This document shows positions 26,046-39,083 of a stretch of DNA of 64,000 bases, one piece after another. Origin of the DNA: Sphyrna mokarran (Eukaryota); contig JAGIQG010000013.1 in the NCBI GenBank assembly GCA_024679065.1, positions 46,872,001 to 46,936,000 of the forward strand, given 5' to 3'. The translations under genes and the position numbers were made by a program. Under the pieces are notes generated by a model, which was not told the origin of the DNA, ran no database searches, and saw only the letters and a list, made by a program, of their open reading frames with translations. Position 1 is the first letter of the stretch; each line of letters starts with the position of its first letter.

Positions 26046-26735
26046 CAGGATGGAAAGGTGCATGGAAGGCTTAGACAAGGAAAAATTTCTTCATCCAGAA
26101 GGGCTGTGATTCTTTCTACTTGCCTACCCCAAAAGGTGTTGGATGCTTCATGGCTTTGTGCATTCAAAACTGAGATCAGTAGCTTCTTGACCAAAAAGAA
26201 AACCAAGGGATGCCGGGATGGAGCATGACATGGGATTTGAGTTGAAAAACCAGCTGCTGAATGCTAGAAGGGTTTGGGAGCCCTATAGTCGACACATGAT
26301 TTTATTTTTAAATTGAAGTTCTGACAATCTGGATCAAGCTCAGAAATTCATCTTGACACATCCGCCTTGGAAGACATTTCTTTCTTCTACAGTGTACCAT
26401 AAAAAATTTACTTTTCCTTCAAAATTTCAGTTTGAAAATTAAACCCAGTTTGCTGCCAAAATCACTAACTTTTCATTAAATGGAATCTGTTCCTGATGAC
26501 CTCATGAGTGACAGGTTTTCATCCCCCAGAATCCTTAAAAGAATTACATCCTGCACTTAAACTATTAGAGACAGTTTTCCTCCCAGGTCTGGCTGTGGCC
26601 GTTCACAAAGTAAAGTAGCCTTTTCTCAGACCGTAAAACACGTCTGTTTTCTGACTGTTTCATTAGTTTGTAAATTGATCTCAAATGGTTTCCTTCCCCA
26701 TGGTCACACGAAACACATTAACCTCACGTCAAGGT

Positions 26736-27084
26736 AGAATCATTAAAACCCTACAGTGCAGGAGGTGGTCATTTGGCTCTTAAAGACTGCATTGACTCTC
26801 TGACAGCAATATCTCACCCAGGCGCAATTTCCACAACCCCACGCATTTACTATGGTTAATCCTTCCTTGCCTACATACCTTGGGACAGTAAAGAATAAAT
26901 TAGCATGGCCAATCCACATAACTTGCACATTTTTGAATTGTGAGGAAAGTGGAGCATCTGAAGGAAACACATGCAAATGCAGGGAGAACATGCAAACTCT
27001 ACATAGACCTCCAAGATCAGAATTGAACCTGGGTTTTTGGTGCTGTGAGGCAGTAATGCTAACCACTGTGCCACCATGCCACCC
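26736..27084 (-). mobile_element. HE1/V-SINE, full length
   Basis: Ends gctgtgaggcagtaatgctaaccactgtgccaccatgccaccc (head rc); V-domain and CR1-like tail present. Confidence 0.92.
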
Positions 27085-27184
27085 TGGAAATGTTAATTAG
27101 CTACAATTTCACCTCAACTCCTCTTCATCTTATAACAAATGGATAAATTTAGCTTTCAGCTCAAATGGATGGACAGCCAGTTTC

Positions 27185-27350
27185 TGAAGCCAATAGTGCA
27201 GGTTAAATTCTCATATTGGCTGAGGTCATTCATGAAGACCCACCTTTCCAATTTTGCTCCTCACCTGAGGTGTGCTGACCTTCAAGTTAAATCACCACCA
27301 GTTCAGCAGACAAGCTGTGGTCACCTGGGAGTATGGCAACTTTATTTTTA
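27185..27350 (+). mobile_element. Short shark SINE-like repeat
   Basis: cctcacctgaggtgtgctgaccttcaagttaaatcaccaccag..tggtcacctgggagtatggcaactttat, recalled as a shark repeat. Confidence 0.45.
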
Positions 27351-27447
27351 CTTATTTTAATTTGAGTAATAATAGTACTGACCAGCAATTACCTAGGACA
27401 CTCCTGCAAACCCTTGTCTAATTCCACACCCACACAGCTGGACAGCA

Positions 27448-28250
27448 ACAGTGAAGGAAAGGCAATATATTTCCAAGTGAGTGACTTGGAGGCAAACTTC
27501 CAGTTGATGTTCACAGGTGTCTGCTGGAAGGAATGAATGTTTGTGGATGGAGCACCATTCAAATGGGCTGTTTTGTCCTGAATGGTGTCAAGCTTTTTGA
27601 GTGTTGCTGGAGATGCACTCATCAAGGCAAATGAAGAATATTCCATTGCACTCCTGATTTATGTCATGTAGATGGTGGACAGCCTTTGGGGAGTTGTGAA
27701 GTGAGTTTTATGCCACACCATTCCAAACATCTGACCTGTATTTGTAGCCACAGTATTTATACGGCAAGTCCAGTTCAGTTTCTGGTCAATGTCAACTTCC
27801 AGGATGTTGATGGTGGTGAATTCAGCAATAGTTATGCCACTGAACCTCACTCTTCCTTGTTGGAGATGATTATTACCTGATACTTGTATGGTGTAAACGC
27901 TATTTCTCAGATTAAATCTGTATATTATCCAGGTCTTACTGCATTTGGGCATGGGTTGCTTCAGTATCTGAGTCACTGTGAATGGTGCTGAATATGGTGC
28001 AATCATCAGCGAATATGCCCATTTCTTGTGATAGAAGGAAGGTCCTTGCTAAAGCAACTCAAGATAGTAGGGTCTAGGATAGTACACTGAAGAACTCCTG
28101 CAGTGACATCCTGGACTGAGATGACTGACCTCCAAGCAGCAGATGAGTTCCCCCAATTCCCATTAAACCAGTTTTCTTATAGCTACTTGATGCCACACTC
28201 AATCAAACGCTGCTTTGATATCAAGGGCAGTCATTCTCACCTCATCTCAA
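27448..28250 (-). mobile_element. L2/CR1-like LINE RT remnant
   Basis: Minus translation GVLQCTILDPTILSCFSKDLPS..MGIFADDCTI, TINILEVDIDQKLNWTCRINTVA, MEYSS..LKKLDTIQDK. Confidence 0.85.
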
Positions 28251-30029
28251 AACATTCATGTCTTAATTTTAAATAATTATGACTTCAAATAGAAAAATCA
28301 AACAATCACACATTATTGAAGAACTAATTGATATCCTATAGAGAATATTCAACTTAAAAAATAGCCTTCAAATTGTTAATTTTAATATGTTGAAAATTTC
28401 TACACATTACCAATGCACCAACATGCTAAATTTAATTATGCTTGTTTATTTAAATGAACAAAAAGTATCTCATCTCAATGACAAACTTTATTCTGATGAT
28501 TTTGATTACAATAAGCCAAATCAGCAATGTTATTTGAACTATATTTTAGGAAAGGGTATTTCGAAGAAGATGCTTTGCAACAAGGATCAGGATTGTTAGA
28601 GACCTTCATCCTTCAGTGTACAATTGTAAAAGGAATCATTATTTCAGGAGGGGATACTTTTACCATAATTGATTCTCCTATCTTGCTGTCTGCAGGAACT
28701 GGTAACTTTGTGTCTTAAAAGCCACAAACCAGTCATGTGCTAATAGTAACACGTTCAACAATATGAAACAGTCTCATGGATACCATTCTTTCAAGTTTTT
28801 ACTTTCAAACAGTCAGAAATGCTCAACTGTTTTCATGCTGTACACAACACAACCGTACTGAAAGTTTCCATTACTGACAAGGTCAGGATTGGTATCAAAG
28901 GAAAGAAAATAAGCCAATTGTGACCATGAGAGTGGTCATTGATGGACTTAGTGCGTGTATCAGTTGATTGGCCGACTCCTGGCCTTAAGACCCAGATTTT
29001 TTCTTTCACAACTTTCACACAAAGTAATTGAAACTGCCACCTTGAGTGTTACTCCCCTTATTGTGCACAAAATGCCAAGGTCATGGTGATGCATTGAACC
29101 AGAAAAACTGGAAAGAAATGGATAAAAGGAAATTTTAAAAAAAAATGCCTGTTACTTTGTTTTTGCAAAATAAGTATTTATCATTGCTGGCTTGAGCTTT
29201 TGCAGCTCTTATTCCACTGCCAAAATCAAACAGGCAGGATTTATAATAGGATCTGTATTTTGACTCTTTTTTCCCAAGGTTGGAATCATGATGACCTTGA
29301 GCTGTTTATGGCATTGTTGGGGGATTATGGCAACAAGAAAAGAGAAGGAAGAGAGGAAGGAATATTCTGCATATGCCAGAGTGATACACTGGAATACAGA
29401 GTGACATGAATAACAATGTCTTTTATTGAAATAAAGTATGGTTCTTTCATTAAAGTTGAATGAAAGAATACTTTAATGAAACATCTATGTGTATATTAAC
29501 ATCCTCATCATGGTTGTTAAGTATGCTGGACATGAGGGAAACTGCACACTGATGGGAAATTTCATCCCATTATATCCAATGTATTGTAACACATGTTCAG
29601 ATAGGCACAATAACAACTTTTAATGGAAAATCCTCCATTTTCCCTGCACGTTTCCCTCTTCATGCCCAATATGTTCTGAAATATACTTCAATCTAACCAT
29701 GCTGCAGAAACATGCAGACATGTTTTACAGAATTTCTATTATAGAACCATAATAGACTAAAATTTAATTAATCAATTGGACATGCACCTAGTATATTTTG
29801 TAACATGTTATAAAACAGCATCGCAAATTCTTTGTCCATCAAAGACAGCTACTCTTTTCATCTCTCTACTTACATCTCTCTTTACATCCTACTTTAAAAT
29901 ACCTCTCTGTCACACATTATGATGTCTCATTCATTTTTGTCTGATTTTACCTCTTTGTGGCAATTTTCTACACCAAAGGCTTCATAAAGCTGAAAGTAGT
30001 GTTGAAAGGAAATAGCTGATAACTGACAA

Positions 30030-30258
30030 AGGTAGAAAAACATTTTGGGTAAGAGATTTAGGGGGAAATGTGAATGAGATTTTTTTAAACCATGCTATGG
30101 TAATGACCCAGAATCAACGCCTTCATGGATGTGTAAGTGGAGATGAGCAACTATTGAAAAATAAAATTGTATAAACACTTGTGGGTGCTTACGGAGGTAC
30201 AGCAGAAGAATGGGATTGATTGTTTTGCTCCAAGAGCAATAGACTAATTGGACTTGAG
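30030..30258 (+). mobile_element. CR1 LINE 3' end, decayed
   Basis: aagagatttagggggaaatgtg..cagcagaagaatgggattgattg..gcaatagactaattggac. Confidence 0.55.
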
Positions 30259-30843
30259 AAAATTCAGGCCAACAATTATAGATACATTAATTTATTTTTT
30301 TGCTAAAGGTGCATGTGCATGCAATGTGCACGTCATTTTTTTCAAATTTACTTTCATCAATTTTTTTTTTGAACATTTTCTAGTTCAATGCACTACCTTG
30401 ACCATGGCCTTTTCTGCTGTTGTAATTCATGACCTAACTTTGAGTTCAAGACCAGTGGTAGGAAAAATAATGGAGATCCTCAGAAAGAACAGAAGAACAT
30501 TGAGAAGCAAAAAATCTCTGATACCAAATATAGTCTGCATCGTTTCAAAAGGAAAAATCTTGCTCCACTAACCTTACAGAATCTTTTGAGAAGCTATTTT
30601 TTGAGACTGCAATGGCAGTTGATGTAATTCACCTGGATTTTCAAGAAGGCCTTCGGTAAGGTTAATAATAGATTAATGAATCTAAGGTCAGAAATGTGGA
30701 GTCAGGGTCAAGGGGCAGAATGGATTGTTAGCTGGGTGCAAGACAAAGTAGAGAATGGATCTCAAAGATAATTAGTCAGGTGACATTTGATGGAAAGTAT
30801 TGTTCCACAAGGATCAATGCTTAGACAGTGACAGCTGCTTATT

Positions 30844-31017
30844 TGTGTAGGATGAGGTTAACAATTATGCTCATCTTTGAAATGCATCATATATAAGTAG
30901 TCTGATGGAAGAAGGTCCTAATCAAGTCCTTCTGAAGTCCATCTCTGAAAAATGTAAATAATCAATAAGAGGTCAGCAGTTTCCATGGGTATGGTTTCCA
31001 GCTCTATCCTATCTACA
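30844..31017 (+). repeat. 5' LTR
   Basis: TG...CA ends, followed by TGG. gaaggtcctaatcaagtcct and atggtttccag match the 3' LTR. Confidence 0.65.
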
Positions 31018-33051
31018 TGGAACCCGTCATGACAACAATTCACAATGGCAATGGTTTAGGATCCATTTACAAGGAACCCAGCTGACATTGATAAAAAAGG
31101 GAAAAGCTGTCAGTCCAAGAAATATCAATAGAATTAATTGGAGCATCTAATTGTTACCAGAGCCCCACAACAGCCTATTGGAAGTGCAAAGAGCCATGGA
31201 GAAAGTCTTACTATCTCCTCCTGAGCCCACAGGTCTCATGGAAGGCCTCAACCAAGTTGCACACTGGAGAAATTGACGTTGCTAATTCAATCAATACTGG
31301 CTTCCCGATGGACTTGCTCAAAATGATATGAACAGATTCATGTTCTTCCTTATGCAGTCAGCAGCTGTGTCAGTGACATTTTACAAAGACAGAAGATTGA
31401 GTAAGTAACTGTTAAACACGAAGAAGCCATCAAAGCCTTTGATTCCTACTTTAGTTCATGATGCAGTATGAACATAGACTGGGGCCGAACACAGTTTCCG
31501 CAGCAGGAGCTTGAGGCAACATTATAGGTTTAAAAAAAAAATCATTGCTTCACAGAAATCTATGAATATGGGGCACTTAGGGAGGAGCTCATGTAAGGTT
31601 GTATCACAGTGGAAGCAAGGTGCAGTATTGTCAGGCTTCTTACAGGGCAAAGATCATTTCAGTTTGTTTGAATTAAGAGTTAGCCAAGCAGACTGAACTG
31701 GGCAAGCAGAACAGACCATTAATCCAGGGTGAAAAGGCGGCTTCCTGAAAACTGACCATCAACTTGATCCAATTCAAAAACCACAGGCCTTTGCCTGCCA
31801 GAGAACACAGCCACTGTGAGGTGGGCATAGTTAGTGCCATTGTCCTTTGCCTGCATTGTGGCAGGAAAACTCAAACATTGCCAATTCAAGTGCTGCATCT
31901 ACCACAAAAACGGGACATTGTAAAATAGAATGTCTGATAGCAAGAACCTCCATCTCCAGGTCATAAATTTAAAGGGACACCATTCCAATCTGCAAGTGTC
32001 CAAGAAATAAATAATACTTAAAAACACGGTGTATTCTTCCTACCTGAAGAAATAGAGCTGCAAGCCCTGGCATGTAGATATGATAATTGATGGCCAGAAG
32101 ACAAATTTCAACCTGGGCACATGATCAGGCATATCATTTCTTTCAAATTTTTCCAGTCATCTATTGTATAACTTCTCAGCACAGTGGGTATTCCACTTAA
32201 GATGCAAATAGAGAAAACTGTTAAATTTCTTTATAATGATATGGAACTCACAGATACTCATCATTTCTAATCAACATTGTCCTTATTGAGCTGCCACGTT
32301 TCGTATAGCTTTGCATTTCTTTATTCCTGAATTGCAGAAGAACTCAATTTGACTCAATGCTGTGAATCAATTTTCATACACAAACTCCATTCCTTTAGCC
32401 ATACTGAAACATTATGTATATTTCGTTGCTGTTTGAGGAGATGCTGGATGAACAGGAAAAACAGGTACACCAAGGATGAAGGTGACCAGCTGTAAGATGA
32501 TGTTCTTGATATTAATTTGCTCTTTCAGGAAAGTGTGGAAGAGGATGATAACCTAAATGTAATTAATTACTGATAATTTATCCCTAAAGGAGATTCTGTA
32601 CCTTGCTTTTCTTTTTGAAGACCGCACAGATGATGATGGTGCTATCCCAGATACCTCTGCTGAGGAAGATCAACATATTATTGACAAAAGCAATAAAGAA
32701 GCAAACCCATCTGTTCATTCTACCAAAGACACAAACAACATACAATGTCAAATTGATGCAGCAATTTTTTTGTATAAAGAACCAAGACCAGAGGTTTTTA
32801 ACTGAGATGTTTACCGTTTTAGAACAAATCTATCCTATTGCTGAAACTGAAGTTAAATCTGGAGATCAAAAATCTACAGATTATGCCAACACCATAGTGT
32901 ACTAAGTGTAATTTCTCTGCCTTCATGTTTTTTTTTCACTACTGATGCTGGTGACAGCTTACATACTGAATAAATCCCAGAGATCTATCATTTCTCTCTC
33001 AAAGTCTACATAAATTGTCCATGTTAATAGTGATTTTGAAAGACTTGAGGT

Positions 33052-33073
33052 GGGGGGGGGGGGGGGGGGGGGG
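33052..33073 (+). repeat. G22 homopolymer at the polypurine-tract position
   Basis: 22 consecutive G immediately 5' of the 3' LTR. Confidence 0.9.
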
Positions 33074-33290
33074 TGGTGCTATATAGTGTAAAGGGTTACT
33101 AATTATTATGGTAATAGCTGTAGTGCGCCAGTCATTTCAGATGATATCAGATCATATGTAACTGGAACCTGAGGGTTGAAGGGTTTAATGAAGTCCTGAT
33201 AAACTTCTGCCTCTGTATATAGTCAATGAATGTTCATTAGTCTGGAATAGAATGGTTTCCAGTATCTGCTGGTGATGGTAATACAACTCA
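33074..33290 (+). repeat. 3' LTR
   Basis: gaagggtttaatgaagtcct, tgtatatagtcaat and atggtttccag are colinear with the 5' LTR; ends CA before the CR1 resumes. Confidence 0.65.
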
Positions 33291-35271
33291 TATTAATGAT
33301 TTGGACTCGAATCAAAAACATGATTACACACTTTCTAAATTTAAATATGACACCAATTTGGGGGATATTGAAGAGGATATTAATATTTTGCAATCAGGAA
33401 AATAATTAGCAAATGAAATTCAACACAGATAATTCTAAGTTAGTACATCTTTGTGGGAAGTATAGGGAGGTCAATTATTACTCAAAGTGTGAGTCTAAGT
33501 GGGGTAATAGAATATTAGAATGTTAGACTGTGAATACCTCAATGTCTAAAATCTGTGTTTAGTGAAGATTTAACAAGGGCAAACCAAGCACCAGACTTTT
33601 AAATTCTACCCCTCTAGGATTAAAGTATGGCAATACTGCTAAACCAGTATCAAAATATGAAAGGACCACAATAAAGAGTGTTTTATACAGTTCTGTTCAC
33701 CATTTATAAAAAGAGTATTGAAGCATAGGTGAGGCATAGAGAAACTTTATCATGATGAGACTGGAAACATCTGAGTATATGTGCAGGAAACAATGAACAG
33801 GCTGCATTGTTTCTCACTTGACAAAAGACTCAGGATAATATAATCAAATTATTTTCATGTGGAAGGTTTTGATAGAGTTTATTAATGCCACAACATGTTT
33901 CTTTTAGTGAAGGGTGGTGCAGTTGGTGGCCATAATCAAAGACAGTCACCAAGAAATCAAAAAGGGAATTCAACTTCCCTACTGAAAGTGAACTAAAAAT
34001 GCAGAATTCATGATCATAATGAGTGGTTGAAGTGACTTGTAGATGCAATTAAGGAGAAGCTAGGCAAGTGTAGTGGGGAGAAGGGACCAGATGGTCATGA
34101 TGACAGATTAAAAGAGGAACGATGGGAGGAAGCATATAAAGCAGCAAGGACTGATTGGGCCAAACTGCCTGCTTACGCTCAATGTATCCTGTGCAATTTC
34201 ACATCCTTCAAAAATAAAAGCCACAATAGATCATATGCTTTTTCTACTGGATACCGTTTAAATAAATGAACATTTTAAACAACTTTGTCAATTACTATAA
34301 AATTTAAGGATGCTCTATTGTACACACAAAATAAATGTACAATAATTCTCAAACATTGTTATTTGTCTCCCAAGGTCACAGCAAATGTTTTGAGAGCTAG
34401 ATTTAATTAATGCTCTTCAGTTTTTTTAAGTCTCATGCAGTCTTTTCCCATCATAAGGTAAAGCATTACATAATGATGTATGGTCACTCTGGGGATTTCA
34501 TGCTGGGTCGTGTGCAAACTCAATAATTAACAAATAATTAAAACATGATCAGTGAAATTGAAAATGGATTTAATCAAAATTGAAATTTTTGTAATTCACT
34601 CAATAGATGCTTAAAAGTATTATACACTGCAGGAGCCATTGTTTACTGCATAACAGAAGCTAAATTCTGAATAAATACTCTTAAAGAAACCTCCAGCATT
34701 TCAGATAGTAGAACACTGAATAGTTTTCACTGCAGAAAGCAAAGACAGTTATTCCATATTTCACAGTAAGCCATAGCCAACGACTGAAAATCTGTCAGTC
34801 ACATTAATAATGCATTGATAATTTGTTTTGTTGCCATGAAAATTAGCTGTGTGAGTGTGTTCCTGACCGTGACTACGGCACTCTTAAAATGCTGCAGTTC
34901 TCAGAAATATATTCTCATTTTAAAGCAGCACACTCTGTGCAGTTACTGTAATTTGCCAAAGTTTGGATGTTTTGGAACATATCCCAATTGAGAAGATACA
35001 TTCTCCACATCTCAATCAGAATTCATCTGCTTGGATATGGTCACTCTTCAAGTTCTGTGAAGATTTGAATACACAATACTCAATTTCAAACAGTCTTTTG
35101 AGCATTAAGTGTTTCATGGAAGAATTAAGTTTGTTAACTCGTACTTTGTTATGTATGCAATTATGTATGATTTCATGCACTTCTGCTCTCATTCCTTTCT
35201 CTCCCCTTCAAAGTCACCAGATTCACTTCATCTGCACCTCCTTCTCCACTAGCTTTCATATTCAATGAATC

Positions 35272-35826
35272 TTTCACCACCACCACCTGGAAACTCCCCT
35301 CCAAGTCACTCACCCATCCTGACTTGGAAATGGAAATATAACACCATTCCTTCATTTTCATTGGCTCAAAATCCTGGAATTATGGCTTTAACAGCACACT
35401 GGGTGTACCTATACCTCAGAGACAGCAGTGGTTCAAGAAAGCAGTTCATCATTTTTTCTGAAGGGCAACTAGGGATGGACAATAAATGTTTGCTTAACCA
35501 GTGAAGTTAACATCCCTTTCTTTATTAGTGTCAATGGTAAGCTTACAATAACATTGCAATGAAGGTACTGTGAAAATCCCTGATTCCTCACACTTTGGCA
35601 CCTGTTCAGGTACACTGAGGAAGAACTTAGCGTGGCCAATGCACCTAGCCAGCACATCTTTCAGACTGTGGAAGGAAACTGGCACATCCGGACAAAACCC
35701 ACACAGACATTGACTGAATGTGCAGACTCTGCTTAGACAGTGACCCAAGCCAAGAATTGATCCCTGGCGTTGTGAGGCAGCAGTGATAACTATTATGCCA
35801 CCATCCATAAAATGAATTTAAAAAAC
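35272..35826 (+). mobile_element. L2/CR1-like LINE 3' end nested in Penelope
   Basis: cccctccaagtcac..catcctgacttggaaat..caaaatcctggaat..gggcaactagggatggacaataaatg..catccc; resumes ataaaatgaatttaaaaaa after the SINE. Confidence 0.75.
35517..35806 (-). mobile_element. V-SINE subfamily with non-CR1 tail
   Basis: HE1-like head and V-domain rc, but tail rc of ggattttcacagtaccttcattgcaatgttattgtaagcttac..cactaataaa. Confidence 0.85.
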
Positions 35827-36404
35827 CTCTAGCACAATGCTATTGAACATTGTTTCCTCCTTTCTCAAAACTGTTGAGGAGCTGTTCCCTTTGTGATCTC
35901 CTGGTCTTTTCTCAGTCACATACAATTTCTTTCAATTTAATATACTGTAGTCACTGCTCACAATGTGGTCTTCACGACATTAAAGAGCCCATACGCAGAT
36001 TGGATGACCACTTTTCAAACCACATCAGTTCATAAGTTTCCAGTTGCCTGTCACCTTAATTCTCCACTTTGCGTCCACTATATCCTTGGCCTCCTACAGT
36101 GTTCGAAAGAGTGCCACAAAAGCTAAACAAAAGCATCTCATCTTTCAACTGGTCACTTCAGTTTTCTGGACTCAATACTAAATCCAACAATTTTAGATTG
36201 TAACTTTGATATCCACTTTGTTTTGTTTCTTTGTTTTTTTTTTAAATCTTTCTTCTATTTCCTTTTGGACTCCAGCTAACTAGGAGCCTGGCATTCACAT
36301 CTCCTTCAGATGGTATCTTCACTTGTCCCCTGACCATTCATTTTAGCCTTGTGGTATGAAAACTCGTGTCACTTAATCTCTCTTACACTCCACACTCCCA
36401 TCAT

Positions 36405-36755
36405 TATAATGCAGGAAAAGTGGTAGCATCTTGGCACACTATAAACTTCCACAACCAACATTGTAATAATGATCAGATGATGTATTTTTGTGATGTTGAA
36501 TGAGGTTATTTTTTTTGAGCAGGACATCAGATATAACTCACCTGGCTCTTCCTCAAAATAATATAATGCTATCTTTTACATCCACCTCAGAAGGCAAACA
36601 AAGACTTAACATCTTATCCGACACTTCAAGGTGCAACACAGAGAATGCTGCACTAGAGCACCCAGCTGGATTATTGTGTTCAAATCCAGGAGTGGGATCT
36701 GAAGCCACAACCTTCTGATTTAGAAACAAAAATGCTCCTGAGCCACGGGTGACAC
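36405..36755 (-). mobile_element. Deu-domain SINE (SacSINE1-like)
   Basis: ataatgatcagat..gcaggaca..atcttttacatccacct..ggagtgggatctgaagccacaaccttctga..ctgagccac. Confidence 0.75.
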
Positions 36756-36797
36756 ACGTTAAAATGTAACATTGATATTCAAATAATAAAAACCTCT

Positions 36798-37353
36798 GGG
36801 GGCGGAATTTTTAGAACGTCAAGAGGTTTGTAGATGGAGGTTGGCCTTAAAATTTCTCAGATGGCTTTCACACCAGGCTTCTGCCTGCTAAGACTGCCCC
36901 AAAATTTTAGTTCCATCCACAATGCCTTGCACCCCCCCCTCCCCTCGCCATCCCAACTGAGGGCCTAGAAAGTAGCCAGTTATTGACCACTTATGGACAA
37001 TTCCCCACACAGTCTTAAATTTTAGACTTGGCAAGAAGAGTTCAAAATTTAACCATCTCAGGGCATAGGTGGAAAGCAGTTGTGGAACGGTGGGGATGGA
37101 GTGGTGAGAGCACGTCCATCAGCAGCCTCCTTTCAACATCAGCTCTGGAGCCTGCTTGCAGTCATATTCCTGTTCAAATTAGATTGGCTGGCAGCTCTGA
37201 GATGTGACTTCTTGCCCAGTGAGAGATGGAAGTCCTAGCATAATAGTGCTTATTGGAATGTTAAATGGCCAGAGGGCAGGCACATCTGTGGGGATGTATT
37301 CTTCACTGACTCTGAATGGCAGGGAAACTCCAACATCCTAAAAATTCTTGGCC
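36798..37353. mobile_element. MITE (Harbinger-type non-autonomous)
   Basis: Terminal inverted repeats gggcggaattttt / aaaaattcttggcc; GC-richer than flanks. Confidence 0.55.
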
Positions 37354-38841
37354 TAATGTTTTACAATATTTCACTAAAAAGTTTCATTAATAATTTAAAA
37401 TAATTTTGCTGTAGGCTCCCAAATATCACAAAATCAATCTTTCTCTGTTCAGCCAATGATCTGGCATACAAATCCACTGCCATTTTTGTGTTCCCACATC
37501 ATTCTACTGAGAAATCTACAGGATTTCTATTTGTTCAACAGGGACACACACTTCTTTACCTTGTAGAAACACAGAAGTCCCAAGAGCTCAGGTACAGTTC
37601 ATTATCAATGTTTTATGACCAGCAAGTGTGAGTAAGGCTACTGTTTGGCTCTTAACCACTTAAATCATACAATTTTTTTTCTGTGTGTCCAGTGAGAATC
37701 ACCTCACCAGATGAATTATTGATTTGTAATATCTAGAGCCAAGAAGAAAGAATTCTTGCTCCCAATTGAATTCTTGAAGATGACATTGGATTAGACTTTT
37801 GAACAAAAACTAATCAGAGTGCCATTTTTCTTGAGAAGAAAAACTTGAAAAAATACATGTATCTTTTTCATGGTGTATCTGACACTAGATTAAACTCTCC
37901 AGCTGAGTAACTCATTAACTGAATGAGCTATGGTTATAATTCATAGTAAGTTTTAAAGCAAGTTCCTTGCTTGACTAGCTTTGCGGGTTCAACTGTGCCA
38001 TGGTTAATAAAGGTAAATTGCTAAATGCAGTGCACATTTTTAAAAATTCTCATCACTAGCTACTCAAAACGTACTTCCAAAGTTCTTATTAATTAAATAG
38101 TTGGTATCTGTCAACCTGAAAATGTGCTTTCAGAAAATTAACCTTAATATCTGGTGTCAATTAATAACCTTCATCTTGCACTGCATGAAAACTAACAACA
38201 TTTTAACAATAATACTCTTGTCAATCAACGAGATGGAGAAACAGAGCCATTTTTGTTGTCAATCATAGAGCTTGTGTTCTAATAGAGCCTGTTTATTGTA
38301 TAAATTGTAAAAACAAATTCAGGGAAGCAGCAAATTCATAACTGAATATTAATATCTAAAATGCTCCTGTCCGGTTGAACCATTCCATATCACTTTGTGA
38401 AAATAGTTGAAATATAATGCATTAATATGCTTTAGATATAATTTTTAATTATTACCTCGTCAACACCACAAATTAATAATCCTCATCTCTTCAGGTTTCA
38501 GTTGCTGCTGGAGATTTCACATTCAAAATTATTGTAACTTTTCTTACTTTTTGTCTTTTAATCCATTCTATCCTTCAATCCCTTTCAATAACTGATTTGA
38601 CAATGAATTCATCCACAAACATTTCTCTTTTTTTTAAAAATTCCCAGTCTTTCAAAGTAATTAATTTTGGAGATACACAGTTGCATTTCCTGTTCACTTG
38701 AGCATTAGTATCTCCTTGAAGTGGGAATAGGCCAAAAAAATTTTTTTGCAGGACCATTAGTCTTCAATATAGAGGATACAAGTAACATTTCAGAAATAGC
38801 TCTAAGTCAGGAATCAGGAGAAAGGAATACAATCATTGATT

Positions 38842-39083
38842 TGACACTAAGCAAATTGTCAAAACAAGGTTGACAGGCTCAGGACCTGATGGATTTCATT
38901 CTAGGGTCTTTAAAAAAATGGCTTATGAAACAGCTGGCATGTTAGTTTTAATTTTCAAAATTTACTAAATATGGGGAAAGTTCCATTAGATCAGAAAACA
39001 GCCAAATTAACTCCTTTATTCAAGGAAAGGGGACAGAAAGCAGGAAACTTTAGACCAGTTTGCTTAACATCTAATGCAGGGAT
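38842..39083 (+). mobile_element. CR1 LINE ORF2 fragment
   Basis: SGPDGFHSRVFK, TPLFKE, KAGNFRPVCLTS. Confidence 0.85.

Larger units (their letters stand above)
24620..26310 (+). mobile_element. Old CR1 LINE interrupted by a MITE and an L2 tail
   Basis: actggtggggttctac (TGGV), ataatttagatgag (NLDE), ggcctgggtgagaccacacagagtac (LVRPHLEY-like), 3' part gcattcaaaactgagatcagtag. Confidence 0.75.
30844..33290 (+). mobile_element. Decayed Gypsy/Ty3 LTR retrotransposon (gag plus protease; no RT/IN seen)
   Basis: Gag-like EYGALREELM at about 31564. Zinc-knuckle remnant CLHCGRK..CQFKC..GHCKIEC at 31848-31936. Protease KPWHVDMIIDGQKTNFNLGT*SGIS at 32062-32144 (decayed DTG). Paired LTRs, TGG PBS at 31018, purine tract before the 3' LTR. 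Confidence 0.8.
30440..34200 (+). mobile_element. Old CR1 LINE split by a Gypsy insertion
   Basis: Left part ends gttccacaaggatcaatgc..gctgcttattt (VPQGS..LL). Right part resumes at 33291 with tattaatgatttggac (INDLD), ttctaaatttaaatatgacacc (SKFxxDT) and runs to a 3' UTR at about 34190. Confidence 0.75.
35165..36200 (+). mobile_element. Penelope-like retroelement remnant (GIY-YIG endonuclease), interrupted
   Basis: ISCTSALIP..TSFHIQ, then after the insertions RSCSLCDLLV, SFNLIYCSHCSQCGLHDIKEPIRRLDDHFSNH, PVACHLNSP and KHLIFQL. Confidence 0.8.

Noticed and set aside
32603-32905. 100-aa ORF
   Set aside because: Lies inside the decayed Gypsy element
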